A stretch of 64,000 bases of DNA from Candidatus Roizmanbacteria bacterium (GCA_024654535.1 JANLHL010000038.1:237299-301298), one strand, 5' to 3'; counted from the first letter of the stretch, positions 18,612 to 29,222 are shown. The notes: generated from the sequence alone by a model not told the origin. Made by a program: numbers and translations.

Positions 18612-20360
18612 CTACACTATAGAGAGGGATTTTTCTACTCTAGAAAGCTCTTTTATGTAAGAATCAATATTCGGTTCATCTTTGAGCTGTATTTTTCTCT
18701 TTAAAAATAGCCGTTTTATTTGGAGTATTGTTTTTATTATTTCCTTTTTTTCTTGTTTTCTCTCTTTGTGTTCAGGGAGTAAGAGTAAAAAACAGCGGTT
18801 AAAATAGTCTATAAGCTCTGAGGGTATATTTTCAGCAATAGGTAGTGTATTAACTCGTGTACATGGTAGTAACAGACGTATAAGCCGCGTACTTGCAGAA
18901 AGATAAAGCATATCTTGAATATTTTCTTGCTCAATCATTTCTGATATTTCAGTCTTGTTGTCACGTTGAATAAGTAGAGCCAAGAGGTATTCATCGAGCA
19001 TTTCTTCCTTCTTTCTTTTTTTGGGAATTTCAGTTACGGGTCCAACAATATTTGCTTTTCGCTTCTGCGTGAAGGTTCGAATGCTATCGCGAATAGCCGA
19101 AATATCAGTATCTGTTTTTGATGCAAGACGCTTAATAAAAAAATCAAAGATAACAGGATTATTGATGGAAGACAAGAATGGAATAATTTCGTCTATTATA
19201 GCTTTTCTTCCATAGAGCGTTGTAACATCAAATTTTGCTAATACCATACGGAGAAGGAAATCATAAATTGTCTCTTTATGTTTATAAGCTTGTTTGAATT
19301 CATACGGATGAAGTAAAAATGTATCAGCGGGGTCTTTTCCTGACAATGGCGCAAGTACATAGAGGGCTTTCTGTGTTTCTTCTGCAAGACTGATTCCTCT
19401 TTTTATTGCTTCTGTGCCTGCTTTATCCATATCAAGCGCAAACACGAGTGTGTCAACAATCCTACCTAAGAGTCGTAGCTGTTCTGTGGTAAGCGCGGAG
19501 CCCTTTATCGCAACGGCGTTTGTAAATCCTTCACGATGGGCGAGTATTACATCAAATTCTCCTTCCATGAGTATGGCTTCCTTTGATTTTCGTATACTTT
19601 CTATTGCTCGATCAATGCCAAAGAGTGTTTCGCGTTTATGGTAGAGGATAGTTTCTGGAGTATTTATGTACTTTGCTCCTTTATCTGATGATTCCAGTAT
19701 GCGCCCAGAAAAACCTAAGATATGACCCCTCATATCCTTGAGAGGAAACATTATGCGTCCTCGGAAGCGATCGTACACTCCTTGTTTCCCCTGCACAACT
19801 AGACCTGTTTCAACTATTGTATTCTCTGCTACTTTTTTCTTTATTAGGTAGGTATGCAATGAGCGCCAAGAGTCTGGAGCATAACCAATTTGGAATTGTG
19901 CAATAAGCCCTTGATTAAGTCCGCGCGAAAGTAAGTACTCGAGTGCTTTTTTTCCTATTTTGTGTTCCGTGAGAATATAGTGAAAAAATTCTGCAGCACG
20001 GTTATTAACAGAAAATAATTTTTCTTTTTCTTTCCAGGAATCATCGGAAATAGTTGTAGTATCAAGCTTTACGCCAGTAAGTTGTGCCAGATTTGAGAGC
20101 GCTTCTACGAAGCTGATACCTTCGAGTTTCATAACAAAAGAGATTACGTCTCCACCTTCTGCGCACGCACCAAAACAATGCCAAATCTGTCTATCTGGAG
20201 ATACAACAAATGAGGGTGTTTTTTCTGCGTGAAATGGACACAAACCCTGAAAATTACGACCAGTATTTTTGAGGCTAACATAGGTCCCGATGTATTCGAC
20301 TATGTCTATTCTTTTTTTTATTTCGTCAACTTGGCTCATATATCTCTTTTCGAAGGGCAT
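18612..20360 (-). CDS. dnaG: DNA primase
   Basis: CHC2 zinc finger [26 protein letters not shown] and a TOPRIM region ([10 protein letters not shown]). The gene lies directly upstream of rpoD in a conserved dnaG-rpoD arrangement. Confidence 0.9.
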   Translation of the reverse strand: MPFEKRYMSQVDEIKKRIDIVEYIGTYVSLKNTGRNFQGLCPFHAEKTPSFVVSPDRQIWHCFGACAEGGDVISFVMKLEGISFVEALSNLAQLTGVKLDTTTISDDSWKEKEKLFSVNNRAAEFFHYILTEHKIGKKALEYLLSRGLNQGLIAQFQIGYAPDSWRSLHTYLIKKKVAENTIVETGLVVQGKQGVYDRFRGRIMFPLKDMRGHILGFSGRILESSDKGAKYINTPETILYHKRETLFGIDRAIESIRKSKEAILMEGEFDVILAHREGFTNAVAIKGSALTTEQLRLLGRIVDTLVFALDMDKAGTEAIKRGISLAEETQKALYVLAPLSGKDPADTFLLHPYEFKQAYKHKETIYDFLLRMVLAKFDVTTLYGRKAIIDEIIPFLSSINNPVIFDFFIKRLASKTDTDISAIRDSIRTFTQKRKANIVGPVTEIPKKRKKEEMLDEYLLALLIQRDNKTEISEMIEQENIQDMLYLSASTRLIRLLLPCTRVNTLPIAENIPSELIDYFNRCFLLLLPEHKERKQEKKEIIKTILQIKRLFLKRKIQLKDEPNIDSYIKELSRVEKSLSIV

Positions 20361-21148
20361 AACTCATAAAGTACACAGGCACTACAATTTGGCTTCTTTG
20401 CAGTACAGGTATCACGACCTAGTTTAACAATAAAGTGAGGAAAATTTTTCCAATACTTTTTGGGGACTAAATTCATAAGTTGTCGTTCTATTTTCTCCGG
20501 AGAAGCGTTTTTAAAATAATCACTTTGAGTTATTCCGTTAGTTTTAAATGTTGCCTGTATAGTTCCACCAATCTTTTTTGGTGAAACGAGATGTAAACGT
20601 TGTACTATTCTTTTTACATGCGTATCAACTGTAATGCCTTCACTCTTGTCATAGAGTTCAGACAATAGAACATTGGCTGTCTTACGGGCTATGCCGGGTA
20701 GTGACACTAGTTCATTCATAGTGTTAGGGATGGTACGGTTGTATTTTGATAAAAGTAGTTTCGCGGTTTCTTGTATATTGTGTGCTTTTGCTTTATAAAA
20801 ACCGGTAGCATAGATGAGCTTTTCAAGGGTACCGATTTCCATATATGCGGTGGTAGCTATTTGAGTAGTTTCGCGAGTTATGTTATGTATCTTATTTACT
20901 GTGTTCCAATCTTTAGTTGGCACATTTTTCGAATCTGCAAGGAAAGGAAAAAGTGTTTGAGTTACTATGTTAACTCGCTTATCGGTACACTGAGCAGATA
21001 AAATGACTGCTACAGTCAATTCCCACGGATTTGTGTAGTCGAGCGCGATAGTTGGATCATACTTTTTTGAAAGGCGATCGATAATCTGCTGCAAGTTTGT
21101 GTCCATGAGAGCGTGAACAAGTATAGGTTGTTGCATCGATAATAGCAA
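20336..21148 (-). CDS. nth: endonuclease III-like HhH-GPD DNA glycosylase with a [4Fe-4S] cluster loop
   Basis: C-terminal C-x6-C-x2-C-x5-C ([17 protein letters not shown]) and an HhH region upstream. Confidence 0.65.
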   Translation of the reverse strand: MLLSMQQPILVHALMDTNLQQIIDRLSKKYDPTIALDYTNPWELTVAVILSAQCTDKRVNIVTQTLFPFLADSKNVPTKDWNTVNKIHNITRETTQIATTAYMEIGTLEKLIYATGFYKAKAHNIQETAKLLLSKYNRTIPNTMNELVSLPGIARKTANVLLSELYDKSEGITVDTHVKRIVQRLHLVSPKKIGGTIQATFKTNGITQSDYFKNASPEKIERQLMNLVPKKYWKNFPHFIVKLGRDTCTAKKPNCSACVLYELCPSKRDI

Positions 21149-21222
21149 GTCGTATATTCTGTTCTGAAGTTCAGATTAGAGAAGTTTGGTACTGAATATC
21201 GAATTTCTAGTATAATAACGAA

Positions 21223-21879
21223 ATGCGCGTACTTATTTTTTCTGATACTCACCTTTACCACTCGTTTGATAAAAAAAAATATGTCTTTTTACGAAACATA
21301 ATTACCAAAGCAGATAGAGTAGTTATTAATGGAGATTTTTGGGATGGGTACTTAACAACATTTGACAGATTTGTAGAATCGAAATGGAAAGATTTATTTC
21401 CACTACTGAAGAAAAAGCAGGCAATATATTTGTATGGCAATCACGACAAAAAAACGTGGAGTGATGAGCGAGTGAAGCTTTTTTCAGTAGATCAGCGCGA
21501 ATCAGTAGTTTTGGATTTTGGTAATTATCGTCTTTTAATTGAACATGGGGATAAAATAGTGCACAAAATTGATGCACTATTGCCGTGGTTGCCAAGACAT
21601 GCTATTTTTGGTTATTTAAGTGATTATTTCCAAAGATTGGGAATGCTTAGCATGGGAGAAGCTTTTTTTGCTTTTTGGGATAGCAAAAATAACGAAAAAA
21701 TGATGAAGCATGCACAGAACATATCTAAACAAAATGAAATACTTGTGTGCGGGCATACTCATTTAGCTCAATTGGCAATCAATAAGCATTTTGCAAACAG
21801 TGGGATAATTCGATTTGGCTGTGGGCAGTATTTGTTGGTTGAAAACGAAGAAATAAAACTCATAAAAGACCACTATTAA
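21223..21879 (+). CDS. calcineurin-like metallophosphoesterase
   Basis: MRVLIFSDTHL, NGDFWDGY, YGNHDKK and CGHTHL are the canonical MPP motifs. TAGTATAAT sits 6 nt upstream of the ATG. Confidence 0.6.
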   Translation: MRVLIFSDTHLYHSFDKKKYVFLRNIITKADRVVINGDFWDGYLTTFDRFVESKWKDLFPLLKKKQAIYLYGNHDKKTWSDERVKLFSVDQRESVVLDFGNYRLLIEHGDKIVHKIDALLPWLPRHAIFGYLSDYFQRLGMLSMGEAFFAFWDSKNNEKMMKHAQNISKQNEILVCGHTHLAQLAINKHFANSGIIRFGCGQYLLVENEEIKLIKDHY

Positions 21880-22661
21880 AACAGTCCTATCAAACCTTTT
21901 TCTTTTGCTTTGGTAAATGATTTATAGAAAAAAACTATAGCGAGAAAGAGATAGAGTATGTTGAGTCCGTAGCTTATCCAAAGATCAGTCCAGTTCACAT
22001 ATCCTTTAAATAAAAAGAGCCTTGAATTTTCAAATACGTAACTTGTGGGAATAAATTTTGCTATTTTTTGAGCCCAAAGTGGTAATACAGATAGGGGATA
22101 GTACACCGCCGAGAATGGAGAAATGAGCATAATTGCCGTCCATGCTAATGTTTGTACTTTTGTTCCATACCGAAGAATGATCCCTGTAATAAAAAACCCC
22201 ACAGCCCAACCCGTAAGAATTAGGCTTGCTCCAAAAGGGATTAGGTACCATCCATAGTATAAAATATTTGCTTTATATAGAAAGAATGCCATCAAAGATG
22301 CAAAGGTCAAGCTTAATATCATTTTTAAAATACCGATAATACTTACTGCAACGATCCACTCAGAAAGTTTTAATGGAGAGACGAATAAATTTACTAAATT
22401 TTTATTCCATAATTCTTCTAAAAAATTGACTGTAATTTCATATTGGCCACGCCATATAATGATCCAAAGTAGTATGCCGGAGACTATCATAAGGACTATA
22501 TTTGGTACATTTTGAGTATTGTTTTTAATGTAGAGACTTGTGATTCCCCACAATAACAAATCCACTGTTGGCCAGTAAAACATATCGGACAAACGATCTA
22601 TACTGTGGACCATATAGTACATATAGCGCAGTACCATGGCATAAATTCTATGTATTTTCAT
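21876..22661 (-). CDS. ABC-2 type transporter permease
   Basis: Six predicted TM helices. The gene is directly downstream of, and overlapping, the ABC ATPase gene. Confidence 0.5.
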   Translation of the reverse strand: MKIHRIYAMVLRYMYYMVHSIDRLSDMFYWPTVDLLLWGITSLYIKNNTQNVPNIVLMIVSGILLWIIIWRGQYEITVNFLEELWNKNLVNLFVSPLKLSEWIVAVSIIGILKMILSLTFASLMAFFLYKANILYYGWYLIPFGASLILTGWAVGFFITGIILRYGTKVQTLAWTAIMLISPFSAVYYPLSVLPLWAQKIAKFIPTSYVFENSRLFLFKGYVNWTDLWISYGLNILYLFLAIVFFYKSFTKAKEKGLIGLF

Positions 22662-23571
22662 GATGTTTTAAAACTTCCAAGAAAAAATCCTGCAAATTGG
22701 GTTTTTTTATACTTATTTGGTCATACTCAATTTTTTTTTGAGAGAGGAGTGAAAGAAAATGTGCTATGGCGTGTTCGTCTATCTCTACTTCTATTGACCT
22801 TTTATTCACTACGTAGGCAAATTTATATTCTTCACAGAGCGCTACTGTTCGTTTCATACCATCTTTCATCATGAGTTCTAATCGTGATTTGTGGATACGT
22901 TTTGGTAAATTTTCCGGTGTGTCTTCAGCGATTATAGTCCCATGATTAATGAAAATAACTCTGTCACATACCTCCTCAACTTCAGCCATATTATGCGAAG
23001 TGAATAGTATAGATACATTAAATTCGTCTCTCTGATTCATTATAAATTGCCGAATATAGTATGCTGTTTCGGGATCGAGCGAAGCAGTCGGCTCATCTAG
23101 CAATAAAACATCAGGAAAGTTAAGAAATGCTTTTGCCAAATTCAGCCTTGTTTGCTGTCCTGCCGATAGGCTGCTTATTTCTTGGTTCATAAGTTTGTGT
23201 AGTCTAAATACGTCGACTATTTTTTGTATCCGTTGTTTTCTATTTGGAATAGAATAGAGGTACGAAGTATAGTTGAGTACTTCTTTTACTTGCAAACGCC
23301 AAGGCAAGTCGACATAAGTAGATGAAAAATTTACCCTTTCTAGTATCTCTTCTCTATGTGTTTCGAGGTTTTTCCCAAAATATTCAATTGTACCGTTTGT
23401 CTGTTGTAAAATACCCAGTAACATTTGAATAGTCGTCGTTTTACCAGCGCCGTTTGGTCCTAGAAAACCCAGGATTTCTCCCTTTTTAAGGCCAAATGAG
23501 ACATTATTTACCGCAACGAACTTTTTATATTTCTTTGTAAGATTTTTTGCTTCTAGTACATACGTATCCAT
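22648..23571 (-). CDS. ABC transporter ATP-binding protein
   Basis: GPNGAGKTT (Walker A), LSAGQQTRLNLAKAF (signature), LLLDEPTASLD (Walker B). Confidence 0.8.
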   Translation of the reverse strand: MDTYVLEAKNLTKKYKKFVAVNNVSFGLKKGEILGFLGPNGAGKTTTIQMLLGILQQTNGTIEYFGKNLETHREEILERVNFSSTYVDLPWRLQVKEVLNYTSYLYSIPNRKQRIQKIVDVFRLHKLMNQEISSLSAGQQTRLNLAKAFLNFPDVLLLDEPTASLDPETAYYIRQFIMNQRDEFNVSILFTSHNMAEVEEVCDRVIFINHGTIIAEDTPENLPKRIHKSRLELMMKDGMKRTVALCEEYKFAYVVNKRSIEVEIDEHAIAHFLSLLSQKKIEYDQISIKKPNLQDFFLEVLKHHENT

Positions 23572-23625
23572 AGTAGTACTCAGTATACATCACATAGTGG
23601 CGCAAGCGCAACAGGAAAGGATAAT

Positions 23626-24342
23626 TTATTTATTCATATATAATTTCCGCTTTTCGGGAGGGAATTTTTCTAACGAATAACGTAGCGCTGTTCGTGGCAT
23701 TGTTTCAGCATTCACGTTTAAAAAATTCTCAAGCGCTCGTACGTCTCGCTTTCCTGTTTCGCGAAGCATCCAGCCAGCCGCTTTATGTATAAGGTCGTGT
23801 GAATCGTGTAAAAGAATGTTGGCAACTGTAAATACAATTTCAAGTTCGCAGTTGCGAATATACGCAAATGTTGCAACCATGGCTATTCGTTTATCCCACA
23901 ATTGATCTGAATGGGCAAGCGTTTTTAATACTTCGTCATTTTTCGTGAGAAAGCACCATTTTCCAAGAATGTGGTGTGCAGAGGCATCTACTAAATCCCA
24001 GTTATTGATATATTTTTTATTCTTCAAATAGAATTTTTTCAATCTTGTAAGATCGGATAGTGTCGCATTTTTTGATCGGTTAACAAGTATGATGAGAGCA
24101 CACAATCTATATTCGTGGATAGGGGATTGCAGTAATTCTTCAATATCAGAAAAAGAGAGGTTCTTATACTTTTTTGCAATTCCACGTACTTGTGGTACCG
24201 TCAGACCTACAAATGTATCACCTGCACCGTATTCACCTTTTTTTGTCTTAAAAAATCGAGCGCTATGTTTTGCTCTTGAAGGATCAGCTAGTATTGAAAT
24301 GTCGTACATAAGAGTAGAAAGCATGATATAAGTATAGCTCAA
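23626..24342 (-). CDS. alkD: DNA alkylation repair enzyme, AlkD/AlkC HEAT-like repeat family (DNA glycosylase)
   Basis: …KKYINNWDLVDASAHHILG… matches the hallmark NNWDxxD motif of PF08713. The length (238 aa) fits. Confidence 0.65.
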   Translation of the reverse strand: MSYTYIMLSTLMYDISILADPSRAKHSARFFKTKKGEYGAGDTFVGLTVPQVRGIAKKYKNLSFSDIEELLQSPIHEYRLCALIILVNRSKNATLSDLTRLKKFYLKNKKYINNWDLVDASAHHILGKWCFLTKNDEVLKTLAHSDQLWDKRIAMVATFAYIRNCELEIVFTVANILLHDSHDLIHKAAGWMLRETGKRDVRALENFLNVNAETMPRTALRYSLEKFPPEKRKLYMNK

Positions 24343-24361
24343 TTCGGTACGAGGTTACTAT

Positions 24362-25210
24362 TCAATTTGAATATTTACTGACTGTTACGTTGAGATTTTT
24401 GACTATGGTGTCGCACCACAGTGCGCTTTCATCTTCGGCAGTACAATAGATTGATAGATCGTTTCCATCTCTCAATGTTACGCCTTGTGCGTAAGTACAT
24501 GCTGGTGTAGATTCGCTCCATTCAGTACAATCCTCAGGTTTGTTTTTATATGAAAGCGTATATTTCGCACCAATACGAAGATTATTAGCGAAACCACTTG
24601 GAACAACAATATCAGACGTATTAATTCTATAAATCGGGCTATCTGATAATGCTGTATTAGTAATGATCACGGGATTTATTTTTTTCAAGGTACTACTTCC
24701 AGCACCCTCAAATGAAGGCATAATTTCCAATTCAGTTGCTCCGTGTTTGATCGTTAATCCTTTATCAAAAGCACCTTGGTTATACGCTGGAAAATTCCTT
24801 ATTTCGTTAATATCTCTTTTTAGAATTGTTGATGTGTCTTGGGGGTCTGCGGCAAAAGTGAAAGTATAATCATATCTTTCGCCACTTGCCCCTCCTCCGA
24901 TTGCAGCAACTTTTAGTGTTATTGATTGAGCAATAACTTTGCTTGCTGTTGGTTTTGGTGCGTCAGTCATTGCATTTGAAGGATTTGAGACTATTTGCTG
25001 GATGGGTGTGATAGTTGGAAGAGTGTTGTTCGGTGTCGGCGTACTTAACACGGCTTTTTGACGAATTGTTACATTTCGTGCATATACGCTTACGCCGATT
25101 AAGAGAGTGAATAACACAACTGCAACAATCATCCATATATTTCGTTTTGGTATTTCAGGCTTCACCTCAACGGTACCATCTTGATCGTTTTGTATATGAG
25201 AATCGTCCAT
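24362..25210 (-). CDS. hypothetical N-terminally membrane-anchored extracytoplasmic protein
   Basis: A single TM helix (IWMIVAVVLFTLLIGVSVYA), then a Thr/Pro-rich linker and a Cys-containing C-terminal domain. Confidence 0.4.
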   Translation of the reverse strand: MDDSHIQNDQDGTVEVKPEIPKRNIWMIVAVVLFTLLIGVSVYARNVTIRQKAVLSTPTPNNTLPTITPIQQIVSNPSNAMTDAPKPTASKVIAQSITLKVAAIGGGASGERYDYTFTFAADPQDTSTILKRDINEIRNFPAYNQGAFDKGLTIKHGATELEIMPSFEGAGSSTLKKINPVIITNTALSDSPIYRINTSDIVVPSGFANNLRIGAKYTLSYKNKPEDCTEWSESTPACTYAQGVTLRDGNDLSIYCTAEDESALWCDTIVKNLNVTVSKYSN

Positions 25211-25266
25211 ATGTTTGTTAAAAAAGTATAGCAGTATTTTTGCGACGTGTATAATGTACGCAAGAA

Positions 25267-25932
25267 ATGGGAAAAGTTATTATAGAGCCATCATGGAAAA
25301 GTGCATTGCTTGATGAATTTGAAAAGGAATATTTTGTTGATCTTGCAGATTATGTTCGTACAGAATACAAAATAAAGCTTGTCTATCCACCCCCTAAACA
25401 AGTATTTCGTGCATTTGATATGTGCCCATTTGATAAGGTACAAGTCGTCATTGTTGGACAAGACCCTTATCATGGAAAAGGTCAGGCAAATGGCTTGAGT
25501 TTTTCTGTCGCTTCAGACATGCGTCTACCTCCTTCTCTTCAGAATATTTTTAAAGAAATAGAATCAGATCTTAATGTGCGTCCAAAGCAGTCGGGGGATC
25601 TTACTCGCTGGGCGACTCAAGGCGTATTTATGTTGAATGCCGTTCTCACCGTTTTGGCAAATAGCCCAGCTTCTCACAAAGGGAAAGGATGGGAGCTTTT
25701 TACCGATGCAGTTATTCAAACATTGAACACTAAAAGGGAACATATAGTCTATATGCTGTGGGGGAAATATGCTCAGGAAAAAGGCGCAGTAATAGATCAT
25801 ACGAAGAATTTAGTACTTATTTCGGGCCATCCGTCGCCATATTCGGCACACTTATTTTTCAATCATCACCATTTTTCCCAGTGCAATGAATACTTAGTAT
25901 CGCATGGAAAAAAACCAATAGATTGGTCGTAG
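25267..25932 (+). CDS. ung: uracil-DNA glycosylase, family 1
   Basis: VVIVGQDPYHG (water-activating loop) and ISGHPSPYSA (HPSPLS-type motif B). Confidence 0.85.
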   Translation: MGKVIIEPSWKSALLDEFEKEYFVDLADYVRTEYKIKLVYPPPKQVFRAFDMCPFDKVQVVIVGQDPYHGKGQANGLSFSVASDMRLPPSLQNIFKEIESDLNVRPKQSGDLTRWATQGVFMLNAVLTVLANSPASHKGKGWELFTDAVIQTLNTKREHIVYMLWGKYAQEKGAVIDHTKNLVLISGHPSPYSAHLFFNHHHFSQCNEYLVSHGKKPIDWS

Positions 25933-25966
25933 TGTATTTATTCTCTAGAAAAGTTACACTACCTAT

Positions 25967-27130
25967 GTGAAACTAAAGCACAATATACAGTTATTTAATT
26001 TGTTTTCTTTCTTTTATGTTTTAGATTTTTATCTTCCATTAAAAGTAGTTTATTTTTACCACGTTACTGGTTCATATGCTACGGCTGCAAGTATTATTTC
26101 CTTTGTGTGGATCGCACAATCTTTGTTGGAGATACCAACAGGTATTTTTTCTGACATTGTCGGTCGAAAAAAAACTATTATTATTGGATCCTTCTGCTCT
26201 GTACTAGCATACACTCTTTATGCTGCAGGCACTCATTACTGGATATTTCTTATAGGTTCTTTACTAGAGGGAGCTCGAAGATCTCTTTTTAGTGGTAATA
26301 ACAATGCATATTTGCACAATTTGCTATCCAATGAAAACAAAGAAAATGAATATAATCACCATTATGGAAGGCTAAATTCGTATATGGGCATTGCTATGTT
26401 TATAGCTGCTCTTGGATCTGGATTTCTTATTGCCTGGTCGATCACCACTTTTATGTGGATAAATATTGTACCGCAATGTATTGCTTTTATTATATCTCTC
26501 ATGTTATTTGATTTGAGAGTTGAAGAAGTTGTAAATACAAATATATACAAACATTTAAAACAAGCTGTTAATGAGATAAGAACGAATATTAATTTGCGAG
26601 ATCTTAGCCTCTCTGAAATACTAGGCGGTGGTGGCCTTGCGGCGTATGAATACCAAGCGGCTGTATATTCTGCAGTATGGCCAACGTGGGCTATTGGGAT
26701 AGCACGTGCAATTCAAGAGGGTGGCGTTGTGCCAAGTTTTTATTTTGCAGGGAAAATAATAGATAAGCTTGGAGTATATAAGGTTCTTATAACTGACCTG
26801 TTTACAAGCACACTTGGAAATATCTTTGCTGCACTTTCTCAGTCGGTTTTTTCACCACTATTAATTATGTTGAGCTTGCCATTTTATGGAGCTTCTGATA
26901 CTGCTAATCAACAAATTTTGCAAAAAGAATTTTCTGAAAAACAACGGGCAACTATCGCATCTTTAAATTCACTTGGAAACAGCATATCGTTCTCGATTGT
27001 GCTATATATTTGCGGTATTATTGCAAATATATATGGGCCATTCATGGCATTGCTTTCGACACAGATTTTTTTAATACCTTCGCTCTACTTTAAATTCCGA
27101 TTTCTTAATCGCATAAAAAGAAAAAGTTGA
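25967..27130 (+). CDS. MFS-type transporter
   Basis: About 12 TM helices and GIFSDIVGRKKTII (the MFS loop 2–3 motif G-x3-D-R/K-x-G-R-K/R). Confidence 0.55.
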   Translation: MKLKHNIQLFNLFSFFYVLDFYLPLKVVYFYHVTGSYATAASIISFVWIAQSLLEIPTGIFSDIVGRKKTIIIGSFCSVLAYTLYAAGTHYWIFLIGSLLEGARRSLFSGNNNAYLHNLLSNENKENEYNHHYGRLNSYMGIAMFIAALGSGFLIAWSITTFMWINIVPQCIAFIISLMLFDLRVEEVVNTNIYKHLKQAVNEIRTNINLRDLSLSEILGGGGLAAYEYQAAVYSAVWPTWAIGIARAIQEGGVVPSFYFAGKIIDKLGVYKVLITDLFTSTLGNIFAALSQSVFSPLLIMLSLPFYGASDTANQQILQKEFSEKQRATIASLNSLGNSISFSIVLYICGIIANIYGPFMALLSTQIFLIPSLYFKFRFLNRIKRKS

Positions 27131-27272
27131 GTAGATTGATCTACTAGATCGATGAATACATCTGATAAAGCGATGCTTACTTCTATACTATTGTTGTGTG
27201 GACTTTGTCCGCCGTAGCTAAGCCGAATCCCGCATTCGTCCACGACTTTGTCGGGACTTCGGCGAGCAAAGG

Positions 27273-27356
27273 CGGAGGGTACAGGATTTGAACCTGTGAG
27301 GGATTGCTCCCACGAGTTTTCGAAACTCGCGCCTTAAACCGCTCGGCCAACCCTCC
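27273..27356 (-). tRNA. tRNA-Ser (anticodon CGA)
   Basis: Reverse complement: GGAGGGT-TG-GCCGAGCGGTTTAAGGCG-CGAGT-TTCGAAA-ACTCG-TGGGAGCAATCCCTCAC (long variable arm) -AGGTTCAAATCCTGT-ACCCTCC-G. CCA is not encoded. Confidence 0.8.
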
Positions 27357-27419
27357 ATATTCGTACATTATAGCAAAACTCCCTCCCTCAGGAAGGGTTT
27401 GGAATGTCGTCTATAGTCC

Positions 27420-27704
27420 GTGGAATTTCAAAATATGTTTATTACAATTCAACATAAGAAAGCGGATGATAGTATGATAGATAAAACACCAGCAATAAGC
27501 ACATATACGGTCAAATGTAATTCGTGTACCTATTTTTTCGATGTAAAACAGGCAAAAAACGACAATAAATATATAAAAATAACTCAATCGCGCATAATAA
27601 AAGATACCAATGAAAAAAAACGGACAACGTTTATCCTATTTGAAGCAGACGTTGTAAAGTTTGCTGATGCGCTCAATCAAGCGCAAGCGGATATGAGCTC
27701 GTAA
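27420..27704 (+). CDS. small protein, possibly PUR-α-like ssDNA/RNA-binding (DUF3276-like)
   Basis: The 94-aa protein has the repeat-like pattern F.FDVK…KYIKITQSR…KKRTTFILFEADVVKFADAL, reminiscent of bacterial Pur-α homologues. Confidence 0.35.
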   Translation: MEFQNMFITIQHKKADDSMIDKTPAISTYTVKCNSCTYFFDVKQAKNDNKYIKITQSRIIKDTNEKKRTTFILFEADVVKFADALNQAQADMSS

Positions 27705-27707
27705 AGT

Positions 27708-28343
27708 GTGTACAATAGTGACATGGTACGCATTGAAACATATAGTCTGGGAGAACTTGCAGCCAATTGTTACATAGTGCATTTTGATGACTCGTGCGTG
27801 GTGATAGATCCTGGCGACAGTGCGGAGTTTATAGCTCAAAAAATTGAGGAGAGTAAACACGAGCTTGTAGCAATGATCGCCACGCATGGTCATTTTGATC
27901 ACGTTATGGCAGTTGGCGAACTGCAACTTTCATATAATGTGCCATTTTTTGTGCATGAAAAAGATATGTTTTTGATTCATAGAATAGCCCAAACAGCTCA
28001 GCACTTTTTGTCATATAAGCCAGTTGTTATTCCACCGAAAAATATACACGATTTTTCACACGATTCATTTTCATCAATAAGTCCATTTATTTCTGTCGTC
28101 GATACCCCTGGTCATACACCAGGGAGTGTGTGCCTGTCTGTGAAAGAAGATAGAACACTTTTTACTGGAGACACCGTATTTGCCCATGGAGTAGGTAGGT
28201 ATGACTTTTCATATAGTAGTAAAAACCAACTGCAGAAATCTCTGCAGAAGATTCGCATGTACCCAGCAGAGACAGTATTATACCCGGGTCATGGAGACTC
28301 GGTTTTGTTGAGCGAGATAGATAGTGATTCTCATAATTTTTAA
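27708..28343 (+). CDS. MBL-fold metallo-hydrolase (glyoxalase II-like)
   Basis: ATHGHFDHV (HxHxDH), plus conserved downstream His/Asp ligands. Confidence 0.75.
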   Translation: MYNSDMVRIETYSLGELAANCYIVHFDDSCVVIDPGDSAEFIAQKIEESKHELVAMIATHGHFDHVMAVGELQLSYNVPFFVHEKDMFLIHRIAQTAQHFLSYKPVVIPPKNIHDFSHDSFSSISPFISVVDTPGHTPGSVCLSVKEDRTLFTGDTVFAHGVGRYDFSYSSKNQLQKSLQKIRMYPAETVLYPGHGDSVLLSEIDSDSHNF

Positions 28344-28363
28344 TTCATTATACTGTCTATAGA

Positions 28364-29083
28364 ATGATTATTATAAAAGTGCTTTTATTTATTGCGCCGT
28401 TATTTTTGTTGTACATAACTTCTCGTATTGTAACTGCGATGACACTTGAGTTCTTTGCGCATGGATTTAGAAATAGAAAACTAGCTATATGGCTCTATTC
28501 TTTACTATTTTTACCTGGAATTATCTTGCATGAAGCAAGCCACGTTCTTGCAGCCCTCATATTGTTTGTCCGGATCGGAGATGTCAGCTTTTTTCCTCGT
28601 CTTGAAAAAATAGACCACACAGAAGAAATACGACTCGGTTATGCACAAATTGCGAAGAGCGATGTTTTTCGAGCATCATTAATAGGCGCAGCACCGCTTT
28701 TATTGGGATTTTTGTTATTAGGTTTTGGAAATAGCTTTCTATTTGGCGGGTCTGCTTCGTGGGAAAGCATACTTCATACGATTTTATCATGGAAAGGAAT
28801 TGTCGCTATATATGGAGGATTGTCTATTTCTCAACTTATGTGGACGAGCAAAAGCGATAGACAAGATTGGTTTATTGCCCTAGCCTTACTATTTGGCATT
28901 GGCGCGTGTCTATATTTGTTGTTTGGCATACCGTCAGTTTCATTTATCATTCCGTCAGTTGTATACAAAGAAATTTCTTTAGTATCTAGTTCCGTAATAC
29001 ATGGAGCTTGGTTTGTCGTTGGGGTGAATGTAGTGATTGTGGGTTTCCTCTTTTTACTACCTCGGCAAAAGAAACGGATGTAG
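28364..29083 (+). CDS. polytopic membrane protein with an HExxH motif (putative intramembrane zinc metalloprotease)
   Basis: ILHEASHVLAAL lies within or adjacent to a TM helix. About six TM segments. Confidence 0.35.
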   Translation: MIIIKVLLFIAPLFLLYITSRIVTAMTLEFFAHGFRNRKLAIWLYSLLFLPGIILHEASHVLAALILFVRIGDVSFFPRLEKIDHTEEIRLGYAQIAKSDVFRASLIGAAPLLLGFLLLGFGNSFLFGGSASWESILHTILSWKGIVAIYGGLSISQLMWTSKSDRQDWFIALALLFGIGACLYLLFGIPSVSFIIPSVVYKEISLVSSSVIHGAWFVVGVNVVIVGFLFLLPRQKKRM

Positions 29084-29089
29084 ATATGT

Positions 29090-29161
29090 GCCCCCAACGG
29101 GATTCGAACCCGTGTCTGCGCCATGAGAGGGCGCTGTCCTAGGCCACTAGACTATAGGGGC
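29090..29161 (-). tRNA. tRNA-Glu (anticodon CTC)
   Basis: Reverse complement: GCCCCTA-TA-GTCTAGTGGCCTAGGACA-GCGCC-CTCTCAT-GGCGC-AGAC-ACGGGTTCGAATCCCGT-TGGGGGC-A. Confidence 0.8.
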
Positions 29162-29222
29162 AGACCGTTGACTTTAGTCGCTTCGTATCGTATATTGTAA
29201 CACGAGTTAACGTCCAAAAATC

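Noticed and set aside
27183-27368. 61-aa ORF on the minus strand
   Set aside because: It is fully occupied by tRNA-Ser(CGA) and its structured trailer, so it is a coincidental ORF.
28831-29124. 97-aa ORF on the minus strand
   Set aside because: It overlaps the 3' end of the HExxH membrane protein gene and tRNA-Glu(CTC). There is no start context, so it is spurious.
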